Positions 10,673-21,312 are shown, counted from the stretch's first letter. The stretch is 64,000 bases of DNA from Syntrophales bacterium (GCA_963666365.2 CAXXNF010000002.1:640001-704000), one strand, 5' to 3'. Made by a program: numbers and translations. The notes: generated from the sequence alone by a model not told the origin.

Positions 10673-10816
10673 CGACCTGATTTCTTCTTCAAGAAAGGAT
10701 TGTCCTCGTTTTTTTTCACCTTTGAGAAAAAGGACTGTGATCAGTAATTTAAATTTCTTTAAAAAAATACCATACTCCTTTGCAGTGTCGGTTTTTGATC
10801 AGGGTATGTGGAACGC

Positions 10817-11689
10817 TCAAAGCCCCCTGAGAAATTCAGGGCGCAGCACCTTTTTGTTCTGAGACTCAATTACATTGTAAATAAGATCAATTGCTTCTTC
10901 TTTTTGTTCGGGAAGATTGATTCGCAAGGGCAGGTAGTTTGATGCATGATTCGACGTAAAAAAACAATTTGAAAAATTTGACCGGGCAATCATTATGCCC
11001 AGTTCCTCTAAAAATCCAAAGGTATCGGGAAGCACGAAACGACCCTCACGATACTCATGGTGCAGCGGTGTCCCGGGCACAATCATAACGGTCAGGGCGC
11101 CCGCGTAATCCGGATCAATGTCGGTTAATATGCGCGCGGTGTCCAGGGCATGTTCCTTACTTTTTTCTATCCCGCCGATTCCTAAAAGGACCGTCACGGA
11201 TAAAAGAATGCCGGCATCTTTAATCATTCGGCCCGCCTTGACCATCTGATTGTAGGCGGCGCCCTTATTTATTTTCCGGAGTAGTTCCTCATTTCCCGTC
11301 TCTACACCCAGATAGACGATCCCCAGGCCTAATTCTTTAAGTCGGGCCAGCTCTTCCGGAGTTTTTCGCAATATGCTTTTTGTGTTTGCATACGTGCCGA
11401 TCCTCTTCACTCCCCTGATATGGCTGTTGATTGACTCCATAATAGGAATCAGCTTTCTCTGGGGAATAATAAGCGCATCGCCATCGCAGAGAAAAACCTT
11501 TTCAATAGGGCTGTAGGTACGTGCCTCAAGAATATCTTCTTCTATCTCTTCGAAGGACTTGATACGGAATTTTTCTCCGCTGTAGGTGCCGCAGAAAGTG
11601 CATTTATTATGGGAACAACCCACCGTTACTTGAAGCAGCAAACTTCTCGCCTCACTTGGGGGTCGAATAATCATCCCTTCATATTTCAT
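10817..11689 (-). CDS. Radical SAM protein, function unknown
   Basis: CxxxCxxC (CSHNKCTFC), N-terminal RPPSEA, C-terminal NHASNY; start placed at MKYEG (ORF track starts at 11761). Confidence 0.85.
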   Translation of the reverse strand: MKYEGMIIRPPSEARSLLLQVTVGCSHNKCTFCGTYSGEKFRIKSFEEIEEDILEARTYSPIEKVFLCDGDALIIPQRKLIPIMESINSHIRGVKRIGTYANTKSILRKTPEELARLKELGLGIVYLGVETGNEELLRKINKGAAYNQMVKAGRMIKDAGILLSVTVLLGIGGIEKSKEHALDTARILTDIDPDYAGALTVMIVPGTPLHHEYREGRFVLPDTFGFLEELGIMIARSNFSNCFFTSNHASNYLPLRINLPEQKEEAIDLIYNVIESQNKKVLRPEFLRGL

Positions 11690-11924
11690 TGTTTCTGAAT
11701 TGTTCCTTTTCGCCTTACTGAATTTTTTTGTCTTCTGTTTCTTTTCATAAAAGTCGCGCATACTTTATATCAGGACCTTAAAAAAGGCAAGATACAATGC
11801 AATGGCCTATCATTACTTTTTCCTTGACGTCTCGACACAGGGTGTATAACAGAATAGTTGTTTCGCCTGCGTAGTAACAGCGTGTGGTGAAAATGGTTTT
11901 ATTTCTTTAAAGGAGAGGAACTGC

Positions 11925-13355
11925 ATGGGAGACAGTCGAGAACTGACATTTTTAGATGCGACAGCTCAGGCCGAATTGATACAAAAGAAGGAAATCAAAC
12001 CAATCGAACTAATCGATGCAGCGATCGAACGAATTGAGTCACTCAACCCCCGGCTGAACGCCGTAATTACACCAATCTTTGAGGAAGCACGGAATTGTGT
12101 CTCGAAGGGACCTTTGAGTGGGCCTTTCGCCGGCGTTCCCTTTCTGCTCAAAGACCTTATTGCATCATACAAAGGGGTGCGGATGGCCTTTGGAACAAAG
12201 ATCATGGAACCCTTCGTGGCGGATCATGACAGTGAACTCGTATCGCGATACAAACGTGCGGGGCTGATCATACTTGGAAAGACCAATACTCCCGAACTGG
12301 GGCTCATGCCCACTACCGAGCCGCAGCTTTTCGGGGCCAGCAGGAATCCCTGGGATATCACAAAAACAACGGGGGGGTCGAGCGGCGGGTCCGCGGCTGC
12401 CGTTGCATCGGGAATGGTTGCCGTTGCACATGGTAATGATGGAGGGGGATCACTACGTATCCCGGCATCCTGCTGCGGTCTTTTCGGACTAAAACCAACC
12501 CGCGGAAGAAATCCACTTGGTCCCGATTTCGGAGATTTGTTGAGCGGTTTTGTAGCCGAGCATGTCCTCACCCGATCCGTCAGAGACAGTGCGGCCCTTC
12601 TCGATGCGACAAAGGGTTATGAAGTGGGAGATCCCTATTGCGCCCCCTGTCCGGAGCATGAATATTTGAAAGAAACTATGATACCCCCGGGCAGATTGCG
12701 CATTGCCGTTCTTGCCGACGCCGGCGACGGCGCTACAATTTCTCAGGATTGTCTCGCTGCGGTGAATGAATCGGCGAAACTGCTTGCCGAAATTGGGCAT
12801 GACGTGATTGAGGCTTCACCCTCCTTCAATAAAGATCTTCTCACATGGGCTTTTACCGTAATATGGGCATCCGGATGTGCCTCGACTATACAGGGTCTCT
12901 CTCATCTCACCGGAAGAAAGCCTTCACCTGAAGACTACGAACCGGTGACGTGGGGACTCTTTGAAATGGGTAACGGGTTTAAAGCCTCCGACTACCTTCT
13001 TGCAGTGCAAATAATTCAGCGTATCTCACGAGATATCAGCAGATTTTTTCTGGACTTCGATGTACTCATGACGCCGGTTCTTGCCGAAGCCCCGGTTCCT
13101 CTCGGAACCTTTGATTCGCCTTCTGATGATCCTCTCAGAGGCTGGAGAAGGGCCGCGCGTTTCGTGCCCTTTACTCCTTTGTGCAATGCAACGGGACAGC
13201 CGGCTATGTCCGTACCGCTCTACTGGAATAAAGATGGCCTTCCGATCGGCACGCATTTTGTGGGACGATTCGGCGATGAGGCGACCCTCTTTCGTCTTGC
13301 CTCACAGCTTGAGAAAGCGCGCCCATGGAGCGACAGGAAACCCCCGATATCGTAA
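11925..13355 (+). CDS. Amidase-signature family amidase (NylA-like)
   Basis: [44 protein letters not shown]. Confidence 0.92.
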   Translation: MGDSRELTFLDATAQAELIQKKEIKPIELIDAAIERIESLNPRLNAVITPIFEEARNCVSKGPLSGPFAGVPFLLKDLIASYKGVRMAFGTKIMEPFVADHDSELVSRYKRAGLIILGKTNTPELGLMPTTEPQLFGASRNPWDITKTTGGSSGGSAAAVASGMVAVAHGNDGGGSLRIPASCCGLFGLKPTRGRNPLGPDFGDLLSGFVAEHVLTRSVRDSAALLDATKGYEVGDPYCAPCPEHEYLKETMIPPGRLRIAVLADAGDGATISQDCLAAVNESAKLLAEIGHDVIEASPSFNKDLLTWAFTVIWASGCASTIQGLSHLTGRKPSPEDYEPVTWGLFEMGNGFKASDYLLAVQIIQRISRDISRFFLDFDVLMTPVLAEAPVPLGTFDSPSDDPLRGWRRAARFVPFTPLCNATGQPAMSVPLYWNKDGLPIGTHFVGRFGDEATLFRLASQLEKARPWSDRKPPIS

Positions 13356-13378
13356 TACACTATTTTTCGGGATTGACA

Positions 13379-13413
13379 GGGGCGCCGTCTCGGGGACGGC
13401 GCCCCCTTCTATT
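13379..13413 (+). terminator. Probable intrinsic terminator after the amidase
   Basis: 11-bp stem GGGGCGCCGTC / GACGGCGCCCC, 5-nt loop, followed by CTTCTATT. Confidence 0.7.
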
Positions 13414-13601
13414 CACAGTCACATGATAAAATTCGGTTGCATAATCGTGAACAGTGATTACATTAAAAACGTATTTTAACATATGTTTTTCTCGCTGTAC
13501 ATTTACTTCTTATGGAGGTAGTTTGCAAAATCCTACTATCTACGTGCATATATAATAACTTGAAATAAGGCCGTTAAAGCTTCACAGGAAGAAGGAACAT
13601 T

Positions 13602-13838
13602 GTGGTTATATCTCTCAATGATTTAAAGTCTCAGGAAATCGGTGTTGTTGCACAAATTGAAGGCGGGAGAGAACTCGTCAATCGCCTTGAGGCGCTTGGC
13701 ATACGACCTGGAAAAAAAATTAAGAAAATCAGTTCAATGTTTATGAAGGGACCCGTCACCGTTCAGGTGGATAGAACTCAGGTTGCCATCGGTTTTGGAA
13801 TGGCCCGTAAGATACTGATTGATACGGAACGGAAATAA
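13602..13838 (+). CDS. feoA: Ferrous iron transport protein A
   Basis: RLEALGIRPG...GPVTV...VAIGFGMARKI; directly upstream of feoB. Confidence 0.93.
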   Translation: MVISLNDLKSQEIGVVAQIEGGRELVNRLEALGIRPGKKIKKISSMFMKGPVTVQVDRTQVAIGFGMARKILIDTERK

Positions 13839-13841
13839 GCA

Positions 13842-15548
13842 ATGAATGTTTTGCTGATGGGGAACCCCAATGTCGGTAAAAGCGTTATATTTTCTCGACT
13901 TACCGGTGTGCGCGTCATCTCCTCAAACTACCCCGGAACGACGGTCAGCTTCACAAGCGGCTTTATGAAAGTCGGCGATACAATGGCAAAAGTCATTGAC
14001 GTGCCCGGCACATATACACTTGAACCCACCTGCGAAGCAGAAGAAATCGCCGCCAGGATGCTCGAAAACGGGGATGTGGTTATCAATGTAGTGAACGCCA
14101 CCAACCTCGAAAGAAATCTCTACTTAACGCTTCAGCTGATAGAAAAAAAGGTGCCGCTTATAGTGGCACTCAATATGTGGGATGACACCAAACATCGAGG
14201 CATTGAAATCGATGTGGAAAAGCTCGAAGCACTTTTGAAGGTTCCCGTGATACCGACATCGGGATTGAGCGGTCAAGGCATTAAAGATCTTGTGAGAGCA
14301 ATTCCGAGCGCCACCTCCCCAGCCCCGGTTAATCGTGACAGAAGTGAACGCTGGGCGCTGGTGGGCAACATAGTAGAGCAAGTCCAGCAAATCACCCATC
14401 GTCACCATCGGTGGTTCGAACGACTTGAAGATGCGAGCGTGAAACCGGTGACGGGTTCTCTGATGGCTGTTCTTGTGCTGGCTACGGCATTCTATGTGAT
14501 ACGTTTTATTGGAGAATCTCTCATACAGTATATTCTCGATCCTCTATTTGAACGACTGTGGCTGCCTGTTCTCAGTTCCTTGAGCGTATGGATGGGAAAG
14601 GGAGGGTTTTTTCACAATATCATCGTGGGAAAGCTCATGGAGGGAACAATCAGCTTTACGGAATCCTTCGGATTATTGAGCAGCGGATTGTATGTGCCGC
14701 TGGCCATGGTGCTGCCCTATATCATTGCCTTCTACCTTATTCTGGGAATTCTTGAAGACACGGGATATCTGCCTCGACTGGCCATACTGCTTGACACCTC
14801 AATGCACAAGCTTGGGCTGCATGGGTTTGCCATCATACCCACTCTTCTTGGTCTGGGGTGCAATGTTCCTGCAGTCATGGCAACACGCGTTCTCGAAAGT
14901 GAGCGAGAACGCTTTATTGCGGCAACGCTTGTTGCGATCGCGATACCCTGCGCATCGGCACAGGCGATGATATTCGGCCTCGTGGGAAAACACGGGGCTC
15001 AATATGTGGCACTCGTGTATGTATCGCTTTTCATGGTCTGGGTGATTCTCGGGGTTATTCTCAACAAGATTTTGCGAGGATTAAGCCCCGAATTGTTGAT
15101 TGAAGTTCCTCCCTATCGCATCCCCCCCTGGAACACAATACTTCAAAAGCTGATGATGCGCGTAAAGGGGTTTCTGATAGAGGCGATCCCCATCATTCTC
15201 GGGGCTGTGCTGGTAATAAATATTCTTTTCTTTTTCGGCATATTCGATTTCATTGCAACTTTTACCGAACCTCTGATTACGGGTGTACTCGGACTTCCGA
15301 AAGAATCAGTAACCGCAATAGTTATCGGTTTTTTAAGAAAAGACGCCGCCCTGGGAATGTTGTCTCTTTCTGCAATGACGGCGAAGCAAATGGTCATAGG
15401 CAGCGTCGTTCTGACGATGTTTTTCCCCTGTATCGCTACCTTTGTGGTGCTTCTCAGGGAATTGGGAATATACAATTTTTGTAAATCGGCATGTATAATG
15501 CTTACAGCAGCCATTGCGGCAGGGGGAATTTTAAATTTGATTCTCTGA
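13842..15548 (+). CDS. feoB: Ferrous iron transporter B
   Basis: GNPNVGKS, NYPGTTV, DVPGTY, ALNMWD G-domain plus multi-TM Gate region (GLGCNVPA). Confidence 0.95.
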   Translation: MNVLLMGNPNVGKSVIFSRLTGVRVISSNYPGTTVSFTSGFMKVGDTMAKVIDVPGTYTLEPTCEAEEIAARMLENGDVVINVVNATNLERNLYLTLQLIEKKVPLIVALNMWDDTKHRGIEIDVEKLEALLKVPVIPTSGLSGQGIKDLVRAIPSATSPAPVNRDRSERWALVGNIVEQVQQITHRHHRWFERLEDASVKPVTGSLMAVLVLATAFYVIRFIGESLIQYILDPLFERLWLPVLSSLSVWMGKGGFFHNIIVGKLMEGTISFTESFGLLSSGLYVPLAMVLPYIIAFYLILGILEDTGYLPRLAILLDTSMHKLGLHGFAIIPTLLGLGCNVPAVMATRVLESERERFIAATLVAIAIPCASAQAMIFGLVGKHGAQYVALVYVSLFMVWVILGVILNKILRGLSPELLIEVPPYRIPPWNTILQKLMMRVKGFLIEAIPIILGAVLVINILFFFGIFDFIATFTEPLITGVLGLPKESVTAIVIGFLRKDAALGMLSLSAMTAKQMVIGSVVLTMFFPCIATFVVLLRELGIYNFCKSACIMLTAAIAAGGILNLIL

Positions 15549-15624
15549 GAGTATTCAAAAATAGAGGGGTGCAGGAAGGCAGGAAAATCTGAAGACACCC
15601 TGGACCCGTTGCACCCCCGTTTAT

Positions 15625-16341
15625 TTATGTCGTAAATGATGTTGCCTCAATATAGGGAGGATCCTCTTTTTCCAGAATGTCAATCATTTCTTTGTGAAGC
15701 CTTTTTTTCATTTCACCAAAGATCACCCTGCCTTTATTAAAGGATCCGGCTAAGGTCATCGCTTCTTCCCAAAGAGCCTCTTCATTCTTGCAGGCCTTGT
15801 AAATAATGTGATGTGTTTCCAGATCTGTTGCGTTATAGCGTGTTCCCGTGAAAATCATTTCCTCCAGTTTATATGGAGGAACGGCCTTGCGCATGAATGC
15901 AAGCATCCCCGGGAGAAAGGGAATGTTAATGTCAATTTCGGGAAAAAAGAAAAATCCCCTGTCCGACCGCATGAGTCGAAAATCACATGCAAGTGACAGT
16001 ATGGCCCCATTCGCCACTGCATGACCGTTAATTGCGGCAATCACGGGTACGGGATAGAGAAGAATCCTCTTGAAGATATCGTTCATGCCATAGATGAAGG
16101 CCTTCACCGACTCTAAATCTTTTGCTTGAAGACATTCAAACATCCACGGAAGGTCAATTCCCTGTGACCAGTTTTTCTGATCGCTCGATGTAACCACCAG
16201 AGCAGTTACTTCCTTGTCCGTCTCGATTTCATCAAGGATCGACTGCATTGTGCGGGCAAAGGTAAGATTGTGACGGTTTTCGCCGTTATTCAAGGTCATG
16301 ATGGCGACCGTTCCGTCCTTTTTCCACTCGATTATTGCCAT
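15625..16341 (-). CDS. Enoyl-CoA hydratase/isomerase (crotonase) family protein
   Basis: WSQGIDL, PVIAAINGHAVANG, ACDFRLM, FFFPEIDI. Confidence 0.88.
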   Translation of the reverse strand: MAIIEWKKDGTVAIMTLNNGENRHNLTFARTMQSILDEIETDKEVTALVVTSSDQKNWSQGIDLPWMFECLQAKDLESVKAFIYGMNDIFKRILLYPVPVIAAINGHAVANGAILSLACDFRLMRSDRGFFFFPEIDINIPFLPGMLAFMRKAVPPYKLEEMIFTGTRYNATDLETHHIIYKACKNEEALWEEAMTLAGSFNKGRVIFGEMKKRLHKEMIDILEKEDPPYIEATSFTT

Positions 16342-16366
16342 ATCCCATCTCCTTTACTTTTGGCAG

Positions 16367-17587
16367 TTATAGTGAATCCGTTGTATCCTCAGCACCATTC
16401 CCATCGGACGCTGCCACTGCAACGTCCCCGTGCTGTCGTTTTATGTCTTCTATCTTTCGCAATTGCCGTTCCAGTTGGTATCGTCGCGTCGATGTCAGAT
16501 TATTATATTCTCTCTGTGTTTCTTCGATCCTTTTTCCCAGTTTATCAAAGGAGGAGACGAACGCAATCCATTGTTTTTTAAAGCTCTCCAAAAGTGTCAT
16601 TATCTCTGACGCCTTTTGCTCGAGGTTGAAATTTTCAGTCGCCTGCCTGATAACGGCAAGAATAGCATAGAGCGTAATGGGAGAAGAAAGGATTACCTTC
16701 TGCTTCAGCGCATCGTCGATCAATGATGCGTCCTGTTCACACAAAAAGGTATAGACATGTTCATTCGGAATAAACACGATTACATAATCGACCGTATGTT
16801 CTTCCGGGTTGATATATTCCCTGGAGGTAACCTCCCGGATACGATTGCGGGCATCTTTCAAAAATTGATGTTTCCTTCTCTCTCTTTCCATATCATTCTG
16901 GGCCTCAAGAATACGCAGATAATTATCCAGGGGAAACTTTACATCCATGTTGATGCGGAGACGCTGAGGAAGCAGGAATGTGTAGTCAGGCCGGCTTCCG
17001 TCGGAATCCAGTCGTTTCTGCTTGACATAATTGATCCCCTCAATAAACCCCGCTATTCTCAGCACGTCCTCCGCCATGCGTTCTCCCCACTGACCGCGAA
17101 TCTTTGTATTCGAGAGCGCCTGCTGCAATTTGAACGTTACATCCTGCAATCGAGCGGTTCCTTCAGTTGCCGTTTTCAACTGCTGGGCAAGCTCAGCAAA
17201 TTTCTGTTCTCTATCCTTTTCAAGGGTGTGCACCATATCGTGAACCCTGTTCAAATCGCCTCGCATTACCTGAAGTGTATGATCTATGAGATGTTTCCTT
17301 TCATCAAGATCTCTTTGTCCCGATTGCGTTTGCTTTTGCAGTAGTTCATTCGCAATTTTAAGAAATTCACCACTGTTCCGCGCAAGCGCCCTATAGGATA
17401 ATTCCCCGAAAGAATCCTTTACCGCATTCATGAAAAGTTCCAAGTTCCGGTTTTTCTCGTAGTCACTCTGAAAGAGCAGGTTTTTAAGAACGGTGTCTGC
17501 ATCCTTTTGCTTCAGTCGGGTTATGAGAAGGGTCAAAAGAATTCCGAAGGCGATGCCGGCTGCAAATTGATAAAGCGGTTCCATCAT
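16367..17587 (-). CDS. rmuC: DNA recombination protein RmuC
   Basis: N-terminal TM and coiled coil, RGQWGE, RPD, MDVKFPL, VFIPNE. Confidence 0.92.
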   Translation of the reverse strand: MMEPLYQFAAGIAFGILLTLLITRLKQKDADTVLKNLLFQSDYEKNRNLELFMNAVKDSFGELSYRALARNSGEFLKIANELLQKQTQSGQRDLDERKHLIDHTLQVMRGDLNRVHDMVHTLEKDREQKFAELAQQLKTATEGTARLQDVTFKLQQALSNTKIRGQWGERMAEDVLRIAGFIEGINYVKQKRLDSDGSRPDYTFLLPQRLRINMDVKFPLDNYLRILEAQNDMERERRKHQFLKDARNRIREVTSREYINPEEHTVDYVIVFIPNEHVYTFLCEQDASLIDDALKQKVILSSPITLYAILAVIRQATENFNLEQKASEIMTLLESFKKQWIAFVSSFDKLGKRIEETQREYNNLTSTRRYQLERQLRKIEDIKRQHGDVAVAASDGNGAEDTTDSL

Positions 17588-17630
17588 AGAGTTGAGTTCT
17601 CCTCGTTTTCAGCCGCCACGCGGTGCGCGT

Positions 17631-18386
17631 CTATTCGCCTTCCTTTACACCGCCTGATAGTTCAGCAGTAGTTCCTAATAGAGGCATTCTTTTCATGTCG
17701 CACAGAATCTTTTCTTTCCTTGAAAAGACCCAGTCGTTCAAATCCACTGGAGACCAGCGGTAAGGACTTGGGAGGATTGCCGCCAGTGCGGCCGATTCTT
17801 CAGCAGAAAGGAATTTGGCCTGGGTGCGAAAATATTTTTTTGCCGCTGCTTCGGCCCCAATTACCCCACTGCCCCAGTCAACGGTATTCAGGTACACTTC
17901 AAGAATTCGCTCTTTGTCCCAAAACAGTTCAATAAGAATAGTGTAATAGGCCTCTAATAGTTTTCGCAGAAGCGTTCTCTCAGACCAGAGAAAGAGCGAT
18001 CGCGCTGCCTGCATGGAAATGGTGCTGGCTCCCCGAATCCTTTTTGTTTCCATGAGATTCTTTATCGCCTCTCTGAATTCAATCAAATCAAACCCGCGAT
18101 GACGTAAAAACCGCTGATCTTCTCCGGCAAGCACTGCTTGACGAAGATGGGGGGAAATATCATCGAGATCACGCCATTGATATGAAGGAGAGCGATAGTA
18201 TCGTGTGCCCGTTTTTTGATGTACCCAGCCCCTTAACATGCTGAAGGTGAAGGGCGGATTGACGTATTTGACAAGTACTACTTCACCTACTGAAACAAAA
18301 AATATCACTACAAAGAAAAGGGAAAGAACTGTCAGCACTCCCCCTATTATCCGCCTTCCCCTTTTGTTTCGTGAGGTACTGGCCAT
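17631..18386 (-). CDS. mtgA: Monofunctional peptidoglycan transglycosylase
   Basis: GT51 motifs EDQRFLRHRGFD, GASTISMQ, RKLLE, KERILEVYLN, LPSP. Confidence 0.93.
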   Translation of the reverse strand: MASTSRNKRGRRIIGGVLTVLSLFFVVIFFVSVGEVVLVKYVNPPFTFSMLRGWVHQKTGTRYYRSPSYQWRDLDDISPHLRQAVLAGEDQRFLRHRGFDLIEFREAIKNLMETKRIRGASTISMQAARSLFLWSERTLLRKLLEAYYTILIELFWDKERILEVYLNTVDWGSGVIGAEAAAKKYFRTQAKFLSAEESAALAAILPSPYRWSPVDLNDWVFSRKEKILCDMKRMPLLGTTAELSGGVKEGE

Positions 18387-18456
18387 ATTCAGCCTTTACT
18401 TATTATAAAAAAGCACGCTGATCATTATGGGATGTCGGCTATGCAGTCCCTGCGGT

Positions 18457-19659
18457 CTACTTTTTCGACAACTTGCTTTTGAGGATGTCACCCAGTGTGC
18501 CCATCGAAGTCGTGGTGTTGTCCCTATAGGTACTGAACTGTTCTTTTAATTCCTCTTCAGTCGTAGTTGTCGTATGCTGATCGGAAAAGCGCAACGATAT
18601 CCGCTTATGTTCCCTATCGACCCGTTCCACCACAACGGAAACAGCCTGTTTTAATTCAAGGACATCCGACGGGTGTTTAATTTTTTTCCCCTTCCCTATC
18701 TGAGATATGTGCACGAGACCATCAATTCCCGGTTCCAGCGTTACAAAGGCGCCAAATTTTGTTAATCTGACTATCTCTCCTGAATGCACTGAACCTTCAG
18801 GATATTTTTTCTCAACCTCTTCCCACGGATCGGGCATGGTTGCTTTCAGACTTAACGATATTCTCTCACGTTCCCAGTCGATGGCAATAATTTTGACGGC
18901 AATTTGTTCACCGACAGAGAGAATTTCATTGATGTCATCTACCCTCCCCCAGCCTATTTCGGACACAGGAAGTAATCCCTGCAGTGCCCCTAAATCGATA
19001 AAGGCGCCGAAATTTCTGATGGACGCCACATTCCCCTTTACCATCATATCCTCGTAAAGAATCTCTTTCAGGGCTTCCTTTTCCTTCTTTTTTTCTGCTT
19101 CAATGATCGGACGCCTGGACAGAACGACGTTGCGTCCTTTATCGCCAAATTCTATTATCGCAAACTGGAGACGTCGTCCCACATAGTCAGCCCCGGTTTC
19201 GTTTTTGTCAATACAGGTCTGTGAATAGGGGCAAAATGCGCGGAAAGAACCGGCAATCTTCACTTCAAAACCACCCTTGACTTCTTTCTCAATGGTACCC
19301 TCGACGGGGATTTCATTTTTGAATGCCTCTTCAAGATGATCACCTGCCATGGGTGTATTGCCCAATTTTGTAGTAAAAAGCTTTTCACTATTTTTCGACG
19401 ACAGGAAGTAGACCGTAATGGTGTCCCCTTCCATCACGGAGAGGTTTCCCTCTTCATCGGTTAATTCAGTTCTATCGATATATCCCTCGCTTTTTTCGGA
19501 GAGATCTATGAAGATCCATTCATCCGTTATTTTAACTATCTTCGCGTCGATCTTCTCGCCCGGTCTCAACCGTCGTGCATCAAATTCGTAGGCATCCATC
19601 ATTTCCTGAAAGGTAATACCGTCTTCTTCTACATCACCCCTGTAGTTCTTATCCGTCAT
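18457..19659 (-). CDS. rpsA: 30S ribosomal protein S1-like protein (four S1 domains)
   Basis: Repeated S1 domains (AFCPYSQ, FGAFIDLG, FGAFVTLEPGIDGLVHISQI); C-terminal MGTLGDILK. Confidence 0.82.
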   Translation of the reverse strand: MTDKNYRGDVEEDGITFQEMMDAYEFDARRLRPGEKIDAKIVKITDEWIFIDLSEKSEGYIDRTELTDEEGNLSVMEGDTITVYFLSSKNSEKLFTTKLGNTPMAGDHLEEAFKNEIPVEGTIEKEVKGGFEVKIAGSFRAFCPYSQTCIDKNETGADYVGRRLQFAIIEFGDKGRNVVLSRRPIIEAEKKKEKEALKEILYEDMMVKGNVASIRNFGAFIDLGALQGLLPVSEIGWGRVDDINEILSVGEQIAVKIIAIDWERERISLSLKATMPDPWEEVEKKYPEGSVHSGEIVRLTKFGAFVTLEPGIDGLVHISQIGKGKKIKHPSDVLELKQAVSVVVERVDREHKRISLRFSDQHTTTTTEEELKEQFSTYRDNTTTSMGTLGDILKSKLSKK

Positions 19660-19924
19660 AGTTACCCCGCAAATTATTCAATGTTTCCTTGAACAGGTGG
19701 GCTCTATTTACCGTCTTCAAGGAATAAGCACAAGCACAATTATTTTACTTTCTTCTTCCCCGTCCATATTTATAATGCATAAAAGAGTGAATCTCGTTAT
19801 AATGCCTGGAGAAAATAAGCAAATGGTTCAAAGGGGAGGCATTGAGTGAATTCGTTTCAATGTTCTGCATCAGCCTTCTCCCCACATATGCCCTCAGCCT
19901 GAATATTTTTGCAAAGGAACCTAC

Positions 19925-21262
19925 ATGTCCGACCGGGAAACACTGTATTCGAAAATCGTCATGTTTTTTACACATGGAATATGGCATATCCGTCTGGACG
20001 AACTTTCTCTCAGTAAATCCTTTTTGATCAGAACTTTGCGAATATTATTTCTCACGGTTAAGGGTTTCGATGAAAATAGTTGTTTTTTAAGGGCTTCGGC
20101 ACTCACTTTTTTTACTTTAATATCGATTGTGCCTCTTGCTGCCATGTTTTTCGGTATCGCCAAAGGGTTTGGTCTTGAGAAAATTCTTCAAGAACGACTC
20201 ATGGAGCAGTTTACGGCACATGAAAATGTAGTGATTGCAGTTATAAATTTTTCCGATTCGCTTCTCAAGAACACTCGTGGAGGAATACTTGCCGGAATAG
20301 GCGTGATTGTTCTCTTCTGGGCTGCGCTTAAAGTGTTGGGCCACATTGAACAATCCTTTAACGCTGTATGGGGAATCAAAAACTCACGGACGCTTGCGAG
20401 AAAACTCAGCGACTATCTCTCGATTATGGTCCTCTGCCCGATTCTTATCATTCTTTCCAGCAGCCTCAATGTATTTTTAACGGCTCAAGTCGCGGTAATT
20501 GCGGAAAAGATAGCGCTGGTTTCTCTTGTCAGTCCCATCCTGCTCTCTTTACTGAAACTCTTTCCCTATTTTATCATCTGGATTCTTTTTACGTTTGTGT
20601 ACATGTTCGCCCCTAATACGAAGGTTAATTTTGTTTCTGCGCTTACCGCAGGAATCATCGGGGGCACAATGTATCAATTCGCCCAGCTGGCATTCATTGC
20701 CTTTCAAATAGGTACGGCAAATTACAATGCAATTTATGGAAGTTTCGCGGCGCTTCCGCTTTTTCTGACGTGGATGCAGTTGAGTTGGATCATTGTTCTT
20801 TTCGGCGCCGAGCTGTCATTCGCGCATCAAAATGTCCATACTTACGAATTCGAGGCGGAAGCAGCAGGTATTAGTGATGAATTAAAAAAAATAATTTCAC
20901 TGCGAGTATGTCAATATATTATCAAGCGTTTTGCAGAGGGAGAACAGCCGGCAACAGCCCCCATTGTGTCTAACGATCTGGAGATCCCCTCCCGTCTGGT
21001 CCAGACTGTCCTATATGACTTAGTGGAAAGTTCCGTTCTTTCAAAGGTATACACAAACTCCGACAACGAACCGGCGTATCAGCCGGCAAGGGACCTCAAT
21101 CAGATAACCGTGCAATTTGTGATGGATGCATTGGATCGAAAAGGCGCCGACAACATCCACATCGTAAAAACGGAAGAACTGGAGCACATTTTTGCGTCAG
21201 TAAGAAAGCTCAAAGAAGCGGCTGCGCAATCTCCTGCAAATGAACGCCTTGTGGACATATGA
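19925..21262 (+). CDS. YihY/BrkB family inner membrane protein with probable C-terminal winged helix
   Basis: RASALTFFTLISIVP, IEQSFNAVW, YNAIYGSFAALPLFLTW. Confidence 0.9.
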   Translation: MSDRETLYSKIVMFFTHGIWHIRLDELSLSKSFLIRTLRILFLTVKGFDENSCFLRASALTFFTLISIVPLAAMFFGIAKGFGLEKILQERLMEQFTAHENVVIAVINFSDSLLKNTRGGILAGIGVIVLFWAALKVLGHIEQSFNAVWGIKNSRTLARKLSDYLSIMVLCPILIILSSSLNVFLTAQVAVIAEKIALVSLVSPILLSLLKLFPYFIIWILFTFVYMFAPNTKVNFVSALTAGIIGGTMYQFAQLAFIAFQIGTANYNAIYGSFAALPLFLTWMQLSWIIVLFGAELSFAHQNVHTYEFEAEAAGISDELKKIISLRVCQYIIKRFAEGEQPATAPIVSNDLEIPSRLVQTVLYDLVESSVLSKVYTNSDNEPAYQPARDLNQITVQFVMDALDRKGADNIHIVKTEELEHIFASVRKLKEAAAQSPANERLVDI

Positions 21263-21312
21263 AGGTAAAGATTTATGGCGCAACCGAAGAGCCCACGATG
21301 ATACTATTTTAC

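Noticed and set aside
15566..15617. GGGGTGCA/TGCACCCC repeat as a terminator between feoB and the crotonase gene
   Set aside because: A 36-nt loop is too long for a confident intrinsic terminator call
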